Below, piece after piece: positions 25,480 to 37,324 of a stretch of 64,000 nt of DNA. This stretch comes from Octopus sinensis. Taxonomy: Eukaryota. The translations under genes and the position numbers were made by a program. Position 1 is the stretch's first letter, and each line of letters starts with the position of its first letter. The DNA is taken from positions 89,838,001 through 89,902,000 of the forward strand of contig NC_043000.1 in the NCBI RefSeq assembly GCF_006345805.1, in the 5' to 3' direction. The notes under the pieces are model-generated. The model was not told the origin of the DNA, did not search any database, and saw nothing but the letters and a program-made list of their open reading frames with translations.

Positions 25480-25531
25480 CACTTCTTCCGTGGGTATAAG
25501 TAAATATCTCACTTATTTCTTTGCCGCATTT

Positions 25532-25583
25532 ATCACTGATGAAGGGAAGGTTCTTATGAACTAACCCTGAAATCGGCTCCGAT
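25532..25583 (+). ncRNA. Degenerate type I hammerhead in a pLTR-like fragment
   Basis: ATCA-CTGATGA-AGGG...CCCT-GAAA-TCGGC-TC-CGAT; core intact but stem I and stem III have mismatches. Confidence 0.45.
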
Positions 25584-25733
25584 GTGGTAATGACGGGATT
25601 TTTTAGAAATTTCTGTCGGCTTTCTTCGAAACGAGTGCTTGTAGTGATAAATTACATGGTTATTGACGTTGTGTCTATTTTCGGCATATTTTGGCATTAG
25701 AAACTTTTTTCTTTTGCCCTTACTTATAAATAA

Positions 25734-25804
<71 letters not shown>

Positions 25805-26333
25805 AAAAAAAGTGAACACAAAAAACAACAACGCGAGGACGTGGTACATGTATTATATCGAATCCCTTGCTTCTTACGACTGCGATGTGAGTTTTCTTTT
25901 CTTCTTTCTCCTTTCTCTGGGGGTGTTGGCAGATTAACATCAAGGTAGACTTCTTCAATTTACCCTCTCAACCGATACCGAGATGAGAGAGTCAATGAGC
26001 ATTCTATACGCTTTGTGTGAAAAATCCTAACTGTTAAATTTTACTTTAATTCAGCTGAAGAAAATGTTGCTGCTGTTTTTTCTTTGTTTTTTATTGTTTT
26101 TTTTATGATGTAATTCATTTGTTCATCAGTAAAATAAACACGTCCGAAACAGCTGTAATGAAGTTCAGCCCGTTTGTTTCATTATATATATATATATATA
26201 TATATTTGTAATTAGTAAGGGATTATTACTTCGTAATATTCCTTATTATTATTATTGATATATATGTGTGTGTGTGTGTGTGTCTATGTATATATATATA
26301 TTTATGCATGTATGTATACACATTTCTTTTTTG

Positions 26334-27174
26334 TTTTTTAACGTTTACATATATACATGGCGGCTACGTATCCTACCTTTTGACCCTATACTGTAAGTAT
26401 ATTACTCTCTAACATTGGTACGACTCGACTACACTGTCTCTTCTTCCCCCCCTCTCCTACTTTTCTCTGCCTTCACCCTTTGCACTCCCCTTGTTCTGTC
26501 TCTTTCCCTCTTTTTCTTCTCCTCCCTTGTTCCCCTTCTTTCTTTCTCTCTTCCTCCGTCCCTCCTCTCCCACATTTCTCTGCCTCTCAGACCTTATACC
26601 CCACTTGACCTGTCCCTTTCCATCTCTTGCTTCTCTCTTCATCTGTCCCTTTCTCCTTTTTGTGCTCACGTGACCAGCCAGGTACTACTGCCTTTTCGCA
26701 TCAAGTAGTTAGTGTGACAACACGTATTTGTTTGTGCTCCGTTTACCTTCAGGCACTTGTTCCACAGCCAGCCTATACTCAACTCGTCCTGTCGAAAGAC
26801 GCTTGTCCTGACATCCTGGTTTTGTTATTATTGTTTTTACGTTATTTTGTATTCCTATCCGTGCTATCGTTATTGTTTTTACGTATTTTTGAATTTTTTT
26901 CGAGTAACATCGTCCGTTTTTCCGTCACCGTGTTGTATACTTTCGAGGTTTTCTTCCAAGGAATCTAATGCGATTGGCTTAGATTTCCCTTGGCGGGCTG
27001 CCCAGATTGGAGCAATCTCAAGATTAATCAGCCGAAATTGCGAAGATGATCTGGTTCTTGACTGATGACTGAGAGCTTCGTCTGTGTGTTTTTTTGTCGT
27101 CTTCAAAATGTTTCACGTTCTTGTCCCAGTTTGTGTTTTGTTTTTTTGGGGTTTTTTTAACGTTTACATATATA
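26334..27174 (+). mobile_element. ORF-less element with 22-bp terminal direct repeat (PLE-derived non-autonomous candidate)
   Basis: TTTTTTAACGTTTACATATATA at 26334 and 27153; pyrimidine-rich interior; lone CTGATGA at 27062. Confidence 0.4.
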
Positions 27175-27183
27175 TATATATAT

Positions 27184-28314
27184 TGCTATGCAGGTTCAAT
27201 CTAAGGACAGTTGGCTGTGACCTACTTTTGGGATAAACCCATTGTCCTGTCAGATTCAGGTGGATTGATCGGTTCTGGGTAAATCTGCGACCCCTTTCGG
27301 GTGAACTGAAGTTCGTTCTAAACACCCCTGGAAGAAGAGGAAGAAGAAAGTTGTGAGAAAGACAGAGTAAGGAATCTGAGAACTGGGAGAGAGAATGACA
27401 GGACAGCGTCGATAAAGATAGGGACATAGGACCAGGCGGGATAGAGAGAGTATAAGTGCTAAGAGACAGATGGAGGGGTGGTGAGAGAGCAAGACGTTTG
27501 GACAGTCGGTGTTCGGTCGTCAAAGCGAGCAGTTGGAATTTTAGGAGCAAGAATTTGGGAATTCGGGGCAAGAGTTTGGCAAGTTGGAGCTAGTAGTACC
27601 GAGAGAGAGGAACTACAATATGGGACACTGGCTATTCTAATTAGTCAGTAAAAAGGAATTTAATGAACAATGTGAATTGAGTAAAGGACTTGTTGATGTG
27701 TCGATTATCGAGTTGTGGTATTTATGTTCAGAATTGTGTTGATACATATTACAAAAGAAAGTAGAAAAAGACTTTAAAGAACTGTGAACGTCATTTGTTT
27801 AATTGGATTTGAACATTGATTTGTAACGTGAATTATTTGTATAATGAACATTGAACTGTTAGGCCTGTAATGTCCTTTGAACTGTATATGACTTGTTGAT
27901 GTGTTTTGAAATAGAACTGTGTCTTCGGACGTGTACCTTTGAAATGCTGATGTATTGACCTTGATGTGTTGTTACCGGACGGTTATATTGTTACTTGCAT
28001 GTTTAAATGCTTTGATCTGTGGTATACCTGTATGATGTATTGAATTGTCACGTGCATGTCCTCTTTTAAATGTATCTGAAATGTATTTGATGTTGTAACA
28101 ATTGATTGTCATAAACTAGTTGTTAAATGTAAGCCAGTTGTGCCTTGCCTCTTTGTGTCTCTCTCGGTTGCCTCTGTGCTGCTGCTGCTGCTGCTGTTGT
28201 TGTTGTATCTCTCCTCTCCTCTCCGAGTTTCCGTAGCTTATTCGCTGCATCGAACGGGCCTGTGTGTGAGGGATTCCATAACAGTTCGAATCGGAGGTCC
28301 CCACCTTCGTAACA
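27184..28314. mobile_element. Probable solo LTR (1131 bp)
   Basis: Starts TGCTATG and ends CGTAACA (imperfect TG...CA terminal inverted repeat); ATAT on both sides within an (AT)n tract; no ORF. Confidence 0.55.
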
Positions 28315-29042
28315 ATATATATATATATACACACACATACATATACAGATACAGATATGCATGCACACTCACACGTTCACACACACGCACAAACGTACAT
28401 ACTCACTTCAGTCAATGGATCGTTTTTTTTTTTAAATATCATACAGTGTGACCGAACTGAGGGATATCGAGTTCGATCCCACTACGAAGCGAACTTAATA
28501 ATAATATATATTATTAATTTTATATGAATGTTTATAGACATAAGTTATGTGTGAACATAGTTTTTGTAAATTTTTATTTTTATTCGTATTTTTTTATTTG
28601 TTATTTGTTATTTTTTATTTTGAATCAAATTATGGCTTGCACAGTAAGGTCCGGCGAACTCATTAACACATACATATACTTATATGCTTAAAATTAAAAT
28701 ATAGTTTTCAGTATCAAACTATGATAAAGTTATTTAGAAGCCTGATGATTGTGGTTACATTTTAAGAAAAGTTCCTGCAAAACACGGCGTGGTTAAAGAA
28801 CCGGAAAATGAACCTCAAGACACACGTGTAGCCGAGATACAAGTAGTAAGTATTAAATTAAATTCAAATTCTTTTATATGGTGGGATGAAGGGGACTACT
28901 ATCTCTAAATAAATATATAGAAGAGCGTAGGCTCGAAAACGTAAAAGACTTTTTCTATTCCTGAGCGTTATACTAATACATCTGTTTGTTTTGTACACCG
29001 CCTGTCTTCATCTTTTGTTTTTTTTTTCGTAAACTTTCCCTA

Positions 29043-29073
<31 letters not shown>

Positions 29074-29576
29074 TGTAAGTAAAATTACATTTAATTCATT
29101 AATAGCGAAACAATTGTCCCAAAATAATCTGTATTTTTGTTATTTTTTATTTGCCCTGTCCGTGTGAGCTAACAATCGTACTGACTTTCATGGGAAACAT
29201 GTATTTTTGTGGTTGAAACCTTTTGGATTAACTGGTGCTAGAGTGAGCCATATAGTGACCACTCTCTTATATTTATTTTGTAAAAATATTGTAATATATT
29301 ATAAAATATTATAATAATCCAGGTTTCTCGGAGCACTAGGCCACTTGGTGTTGAATAGATATACTATTAAATTAGTATCTAATTCTCTCACCCTTATTAA
29401 TTAATTATAATTATGCTGCATTTATTTCTAAATGCTGTATTTGTTTTCCGTGAAAGTTTGGCGCGCTGTTAGTTGGGGCATTTGAATTATAACGTCGGAT
29501 GTAATCAATTGAACCACACGCGTATTTATCGTTATGTAAAATCTGGCGTGTGATTGAGTGGATTTCATCCAGATAG

Positions 29577-29657
29577 TTTTGGCTGACGAGCTACAAGTGG
29601 ATTTTTTTGTAAGTAAAATTACATTTAATTCATTAATAGCGAAACATTGTCCCAAAA
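29577..29657 (+). ncRNA. Type I hammerhead ribozyme (array unit junction 1)
   Basis: TTTTGG-CTGACGA-GCTA...TAGC-GAAA-CATTG-TC-CCAAAA. Confidence 0.85.
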
Positions 29658-30107
29658 TAATCTGTATTTTTGTTATTTTTTATTGCCCTGTCCGTGTGAG
29701 CTAACAATCGTACTGACTTTCATGGGAAACATGTATTTTTGTGGTTGAAACCTTTTGGATTAACTGGTGCTAGAGTGAGCCATATAGTGACCACTCTCTT
29801 ATATTTATTTTGTAAAAATATTGTAATATATTATAAAATATTATAATAATCCAGGTTTCTCGGAGCACTAGGCCACTTGGTGTTGAATAGATATACTATT
29901 AAATTAGTATCTAATTCTCTCACCTTATTAATTAATTATAATTATGCTGCATTTATTTCTAAATGCTGTATTTGTTTTCGTGAAAGTTTGGCGCGCTGTT
30001 AGTTGGGGCATTTGAATTATAACGTCGGATGTAATCAATTGAACCACACGCGTATTTATCGTTATGGTAAAATCTGGCGTGTGATTGAGTGGATTTCATC
30101 CAGATAG

Positions 30108-30189
30108 TTTTGGCTGACGAGCTACAAGTGGATTTTTTTGTAAGTAAAATTACATTTAATTCATTAATAGCGAAACAATTGTCCCAAAA
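30108..30189 (+). ncRNA. Type I hammerhead ribozyme (array unit junction 2)
   Basis: TTTTGG-CTGACGA-GCTA...TAGC-GAAA-CAATTG-TC-CCAAAA; 6-bp stem I, palindromic ACAATTGT stem III, GUC site. Confidence 0.9.
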
Positions 30190-30465
30190 TAATCTGTATT
30201 TTTGTTATTTTTTATTTGCCCTGTCCGTGTGAGCTAACAATCGTACTGACTTTCATGGGAAACATGTATTTTTGTGGTTGAAACCTTTTGGATTAACTGG
30301 TGCTAGAGTGAGCCATATAGTGACCACTCTCTTATATTTATTTTGTAAAAATATTGTAATATATTATAAAATATTATAATAATCCAGGTTTCTCGGAGCA
30401 CTAGGCCACTTGGTGTTGAATAGATATACTATTAAATTAGTATCTAATTCTCTCACCCTTATTAA

Positions 30466-30527
<62 letters not shown>

Positions 30528-31138
30528 TATATATTATATATATACATATATATATATATAGGGTGGGCTAAACGTCATGCACAAGCGCATTTAAAACAAT
30601 TTCAATGCGACTCGGAATTGTCAAAGACATGCTTCAATTTTTCTAAAAAATAATAAATAATGATAATAATAATGATAATTGCCCTGATGCAGTACCAGGC
30701 AGTGACTCTCATGGCTTCTCATCTTAACTGATTGGAAGTGTTATCATGTACATTATTTTGTCTTGGTATAAAAAAAAATGGGCTACAGCAAATATTCTGC
30801 TCAATACCACAGTTGTTTGACCTTAATCAGTTGAGCATGTCCCTTAGTGACTGACGATATGTGCATCTCTGATCACGAGCAGAAGTAGTGGGGGAGCATC
30901 ATAGCCGTGTGTTGAGAGGGATTCTTTGGAGTTTGAATAACTCACCCCTGAAAACATGGGTGGTTCGTTCAACATCCTTAAACGACCCTTATTCAAGGTC
31001 CTTTTGAGCGGGATGGGTTACTCAACCTGAAGAAAATTCTAACTGGGCTCCACCTGTTTATCTTGATATGAGATCATCATATCGCGCCCATATGGTTGTG
31101 ATACATGTGTCTGGTGTACCCTTATCAGACGGACAGTC

Positions 31139-31205
<67 letters not shown>

Positions 31206-31544
31206 CCTTTCTACTAAAGGCACTAAGCCTGAAAAAGTCGATTGCCTGGAAAGGATGAACGGTAAAGTCGACCTCGGCTGAATTTGAACGCATAATAATA
31301 ACGTAACGTAAATACAATTCCGAATGTTTTGTTGCATGACTATTAGCCCAGCCTATATATTAAAATTATTCGTTACAAATGGCCATACGTTTCGCTACTT
31401 TTCAAACGAATAAGGAATTTTCGAAATTTGATAGACTTTATAATTAGATTTGAAGAGAGAAATATTCTAAATATAGATGGAGAAATTTCAAATTGAATTG
31501 TAGAGAAAAATATAATGAGTAAAGAAAGTATGATAAACAGCTGG

Positions 31545-33090
31545 GAACATTACTACAGACAGTTCATGGATTTACCAAAGAAATAGATATGAAATTTGGT
31601 TTCGAAAAATGTGCCAAAGCAACATTGAAAAGAAGAAAACTAGTTAAGTGTTGCAACATAACACTTGATAAAGCAAATGAAATAAGAGAATTGGACCAAA
31701 GCTCGACGTACAAATACTTAGGAGTCAATGAACTAGATACGATACAACACACACAAATGAAAGAGAAAATAAAAAAGAATACTATAGACGAGTTAGATTA
31801 ATACTGAAAACAGAGCTCAATGTGAAAAACAAGATAATAGGTTTCAACACACTAGCCGTCACAGTTATAAGTTACAACAACAATATTCTTAACTGGACAC
31901 TAAATGAACTAATTAAAATAGACAGGAAAACAAGGAAAATAATGACAGGATCTAGGACGCACCACCCAAAATCATAGAAAGGTTATATATAGAACATACC
32001 GAAGGTGGTAGAGGCCGTATACAGCTAGAAAACTATTACAAAATAACCACCATAGGACTGCAAAAATACCTACTCCAAGGAAAACTAATACAAATAGGCA
32101 CAAAATACAAACAAAACAAAAAAACTGTTTTCATACTACCTAACAACTATGAAGAAGAAGAAACAACAAAAGCTGTAAAACAACTGAAATCCAAGCTAAA
32201 ACTAAAACTAAAACAGACCATTATAAAACGATGGCAAGAAAAGCCCCTTCATGGAAAATACTGGGCTAAACTAAACAGAAAAGAAATAGACAAAGCAAAA
32301 TCCCAACAATGACTGAGAAGCTCAGGACTCAAAGCAGAGACTGAAGGATTTTTAATTGCAGCACAAAATCAAAGCCTCCCCACCAGAAATTACCAAAAAC
32401 ATATTGTGAAAAGAAACAACAAGTAACTGCAGAATATGTGGAGTTGGACAAGAAACAATAAATCATATTGTCTCTGGTTGCCCACTCCTGACTAAGAAGG
32501 TATATATTCACAGACCTGATAGAGTTAGGACCTACATATACTGGAAGCTATGCGAACACTATGGAATAACAACAAAAAAAGATGGGATAAGCACACGCCA
32601 GAAAGGGTCACAGAAAATGAGAAAGCAACAATACTATGGGATATACCAATACACACAGATAGAGAAATTAAGGCCAATAGGTGAGGTATACTTGTCAGAG
32701 ATCATGAAGAAAAAATGCTTTCTAATTGTTGCATCAATACCAACAGATTACAAAGTTTCTCTAAAAGAAATGGAGAAACTTTCAAAATACAAAGACCTGG
32801 AAATAGAGGTAACTCGAATGTGGAGTTTAAAAACAGAAACAATTCTTATCATAGTGGGCGCCTAATGTATAATAAAAAAAATATTCAGACAAATACATAG
32901 CAAAAACACCAGGACTAACAAATTTATATAACATACAGAAAATAGTACTACTAGGCACTGCACACACCCTACGTAAAACACTTTCAATACAGTAGCCATA
33001 AGAGCATCACAGCAAACCACAGCACATACTCAAGGCACACAGAGCTGAGCTCGGTAGAGCAATGAAAGCACGTTATAAAAATAAGACTCC
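31545..33090 (+). pseudogene. Second disrupted copy of the R4/Dong subfamily at 12462-15090
   Basis: Colinear with ~13490-15090 (FEKCAKATLKRRKLVK...YKYLG; KLSKYKDLEIEVTRMW); ends in (TAA)n. Confidence 0.9.
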
Positions 33091-33108
33091 TGAATAATGA
33101 TAATAGCG

Positions 33109-33144
<36 letters not shown>

Positions 33145-33216
33145 TAATAATAATAAATAATAACAACAACAACAACAACAACAATAACAATAACAACAAC
33201 AACAATAATAATAATA

Positions 33217-33300
<84 letters not shown>

Positions 33301-34440
33301 TAATAATAATAATAATAACCAGGCACTAGCCCTCATGGTTTCTCATCTTAACTGATTGGAAGTGTTAACATGTACATGTTTTCTCATAGTATAAAAGATG
33401 GAATACAGCAAATATTCTGTTCAATACCACAGATATGCTTGTCATTTGTTTGACCTTAACCAGTTGAGCATGTCCCTTGATAGCTAAGAATATTTGCGTC
33501 TCTGATCATGAGCAGAAGTAGTTGGGGAGCAACATAGCCATATGTTGAGAGGAATTCTTTCGGGTTTGAATAATTCACCTCTGGAAACATGGGTGTTTTA
33601 TTCATCATCCTTAAACAGTCCCTTTTCAAGAACCTTTTGAACTGAATGGGCTACTCATCCTGAAAAAAATTCTAACTGGTCCCCCACCTGCAAAGCCATG
33701 CTCTGTTTATCTTGATATGAAATCATCATCATGTCGCGCGCATATGGTTGTGATGCATGTGCCTGGTGTACCCTTATCAGACGGAGAGTCATGATGGGTA
33801 TACTAGGCTTCGTATATTTGTACCCCAGTGTCACTTTGATGGCGTGCATTCTCTTTCACTCTATAATAATAATAACATTATGTCTCTTCTCTCTCTCTCT
33901 CTCTCTTTCTTTCTCTCTCTTCCTCTCTCCCTCATTCTGTTTCTTCTCTCTCTCTCTTCTTTTTTCTTTCTCTCTATCTCCCTCATTCTGTCTCACTTTC
34001 GGGCTGTCTCTACTCTGCATCGCAGTGTGGGAGAGAGAGAGAGAAATGGATATTTTAATAACTGAATTACAACAAAGAGTGTGATATCACACAAAAATAC
34101 CACCACCATCATCACTATATCCTTCCTCCATGTCTACCTGTTTTTGTTGTTGTTGTTTTTTTCATGCGTTTCTCATGTATTCCATCTTTCTCTTTCACTT
34201 TTCCAAAGAGAAGAAAAGAAAAATTACCAACACTATTCCATTTCAACTTTCTATTTTTCTGCATGATTTTTTTTTAATTTGTAAGCAAATCTTCTCTGGG
34301 AGGAAGGGAATAAATTTTATGGTTATGTAGGTGTTGATTTTAGAATTCCTAAATGCAAGTTGGACATGTATATGGACAATACATATTATATGCGTTTGTG
34401 TGCATTACATGTATGTGTGTGCACATATATGTTTATATTC

Positions 34441-34528
<88 letters not shown>

Positions 34529-34654
34529 TATATACATATATATATACGTATATGTATATGCATATATACATACATGTATATAATATATAAATATATGCAT
34601 ATATACATATATGTAAATACCTACATATATATATATATATACACATGCATATAT

Positions 34655-35180
34655 GGGTATAGGACATCAAAAAAAACGTAAGCAGAATGAGAAACGAGAA
34701 CATAAAACACTAAAACATAGATAATGAACTTCACCGCTTCACATCGTTTTCACATTCCTCCTTCACATCGTCTTCCATTTCTTCCTAAAGACAAGACGTG
34801 CTTTTATCTGTCTCTTCTCAAAGCTCGTTTTTCCACCGTTCACCGCATCACATCGTCTTGACTTAACATCCCTCACCCTTTGTTTTTACTGTTTTATTCT
34901 CACTGTCCTGTCTTTGTTACCACTTTCACCCTCCACAAAAAATCCCAAATTTTATTTAATTTGCTTTGCGGGAAAGACTATTTTAACGAAGTCGCGTCTT
35001 GTCCTTACCTTCGAAAACGCGAAATAGATAAAACAGGGGACAACTGATGAAGGGAATGTTCTTTATGTTGCACGTCTCGTTTCTCTGTGATTGATTTTTT
35101 TTTTCGTTGTTTAAAAAAGAGTTCGTTTTCTATGTTTTTGTTTTTATGTTCTCGTTTCTCATTCCGTCTACGTTTTTATG
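34655..35180. mobile_element. ORF-less repeat with a short 5' inverted copy of its 3' end; duplicated (with ~50-bp deletion) at 36313-36665
   Basis: 34776-35180 matches 36313-36665; 34655-34720 is an inverted copy of the 3' end. Confidence 0.7.
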
Positions 35181-35231
35181 CCCTGTACTCATATATGCAT
35201 GTATATATACATATATATGCAGGTTTGTACA

Positions 35232-35314
<83 letters not shown>

Positions 35315-35381
35315 TCGGGGTGAGTACTTGATAATTATAAGCACCTGTGTATACCGTTTGGTGGTGTAGGTGGTGGAGTAA

Positions 35382-35952
35382 ATTGATCAAAATAAAACCA
35401 TGATGCCAAGGATTCAGCGGTACATATGTTTTGGGCCTTTATTGGTTGGGGATGCAAATCCTCTCATTCGCGTACGATATAATGCGGCAACAGCATAGAG
35501 TTGAAGCGTCCATCTCTTTCTTCTCTCAATGTAGAATGAGGAAATTTGGATGTTGAAGTAATGTAAATAAATTAATAAATAAATACATATATAAATTAAT
35601 AAATAAATACATATATAGACGTGAAGGAACCTGAAGGTTCCTTCACATCTATATATGTATTTATTTATTAATTTATTTACATTACTTCAACATCCAAATT
35701 TCCTCATTCTGCATTGAGAGAAGAAAGAGATGGACGCTTCAACTCTATGCTGTTGCCGCATTATGTCGTACGCGAATGAGAGGATTTGCATCCCCAACCA
35801 AGAATTTTTGATGTAACACATGTCCTTGTGGAAGTTGTTGTGCGCGGCTGAAGAAGGCCACAGACATACATTATGCATTGTTATAAATCTGTCTAATAAA
35901 GGCCCGAAACATATGTACCGCTGAATCCTTGGCATCATGGTTTTATTTTGAT

Positions 35953-35956
<4 letters not shown>
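35382..35956. repeat. Fold-back (inverted) pLTR-like pair; right arm carries a hammerhead
   Basis: Arms are reverse complements around a TGAA loop at 35632-35635; left arm lacks ~105 bp. Confidence 0.9.
35844..35921 (+). ncRNA. Type I hammerhead ribozyme
   Basis: GCGG-CTGAAGA-AGGCC ACAGA...TCTGT...GGCCC-GAAA-CATATG-TA-CCGC; first stem II pair is an A-C mismatch. Confidence 0.8.
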
Positions 35957-36021
<65 letters not shown>

Positions 36022-36795
36022 TATATTTATATATTATTTATGTTATTATATGATCGAACGCCACACATCATTCTCCAAGTAAGTTTTATCTTAAATACGA
36101 TGCGCACTCTTATTCTATCTCTTTTCTGTCTATCTCCCTCTCTTGTTCTTCCTTTCTGTTTTTCTCTCCCACCCTTTCCCTATTCTTCTCCTCTCCCCTA
36201 CATTGTTCCCCCTCTATCTCTCTCTCTTTCACACACACACACACACACACACACTCTTCCTCCTTGACTCTATCGTTGCTCACACGTGGCCAACGGCCAT
36301 TCTTTCTTTCTTCCATTTCTTCCTAAAGACAAGACATGCTTTTATCTGCCTTTTCTCGAAGCTCGTTTTTCCAGCGTTCACCGCTTCACGTCGTCTTGTC
36401 TTAACAGCCCTCACCATTTCTTTTTACTGTTTTGTTCTCACTGTTCTGTCTTTGTTACCACTTTCACTCTCCGCAAAAAATCCCAAATTTTATTTAATTT
36501 GCTTTGCGGGAAAGACTATTTTAACGAAGTAGCGTCTTGTCCTTGTTCTTTATGTTGATGTCTCGTTTCTCTGTGATTGATTTTTTTTCGTTGTTTGAAA
36601 AAGAGTTCGTTTTCTATGTTTTTGTTTTTATGTTCTCGTTTCTCATTCCGTCTACGTTTTTATGTCCTGTACCCATATATGCATGCATATATGTACATAT
36701 ATATGTAGGTATGCACATATATGTATGTATATATGCATATATTTATATATTATTTATGTTATTATATGATAGAACGCCACTCATCCTTTTCCAAG

Positions 36796-36843
<48 letters not shown>

Positions 36844-37033
36844 TGAGTGTATTTTTACCTTGTTAACAATTAACACGGAAAAATAAATAAATAGTTACCA
36901 GGGCAGCAAAAATCTCACAAGTAAAGGTGTTGTAACCCCTTGTTTATAAAGGTAGAAACTTCGTGTTTACGTTGAATATTTTGAATAATATGAATAAAAA
37001 ATGGAGTTAACGCAGGTGTAATCAAATATTTTT

Positions 37034-37123
37034 ACTTTCGACACATGTTTCGAAAATTCCACTGATACTATTCAAAAGAATAACTGGTATGTATAAACAA
37101 TGCAATCTTCTCCTCAGGAAAGT
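37034..37123 (-). ncRNA. Type I hammerhead in PLE-B 3' pLTR
   Basis: Minus: ACTTTC-CTGAGGA-GAAGATT...AATTTTC-GAAA-CATGTG-TC-GAAAGT. Confidence 0.85.
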
Positions 37124-37324
37124 GAAAAAAACGAAACTCGTCAATAAGACATTTTAGCAAAAAATTATGGATTTGTATAGCGATAGACAGAACGCTATTA
37201 ATATTGTTTAAAAAAGCGTTATATGATATAACGTTATAAGTAGCTAACAGAAAGAGTAGGGATATTAATAGTGAATGTTAAATATAAAGGAAATTAAAGT
37301 TTAAATTATATATAATGATAGAGA

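Larger units (their letters stand above)
29071..30473 (+). repeat. Tandem array of a ~533-bp hammerhead-containing unit (~2.6 copies), retrozyme-like
   Basis: Units differ only by a few single-base indels; predicted cleavage sites at 29118, 29651 and 30183; (TA)n flanks. Confidence 0.92.

Noticed and set aside
27062-27082. Lone CTGATGA near the end of the 26.3-27.2-kb element
   Set aside because: No GAAA or stem III downstream
28741-28850. CTGATGA...GGTTACA/TGTAGCC-GAGA as a decayed hammerhead
   Set aside because: Extra unpaired bases, GAGA instead of GAAA, no stem I
29071-30473. CRISPR array or prokaryotic repeat system
   Set aside because: No short repeat/unique spacer pattern anywhere in the window; eukaryotic repeat context
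34985-35075. CTGATGA after a TTGTCC/GGACAA hairpin, as a possible type II hammerhead
   Set aside because: No GAAA box (GAAG instead) and no convincing stem II; the segment is deleted in the second copy
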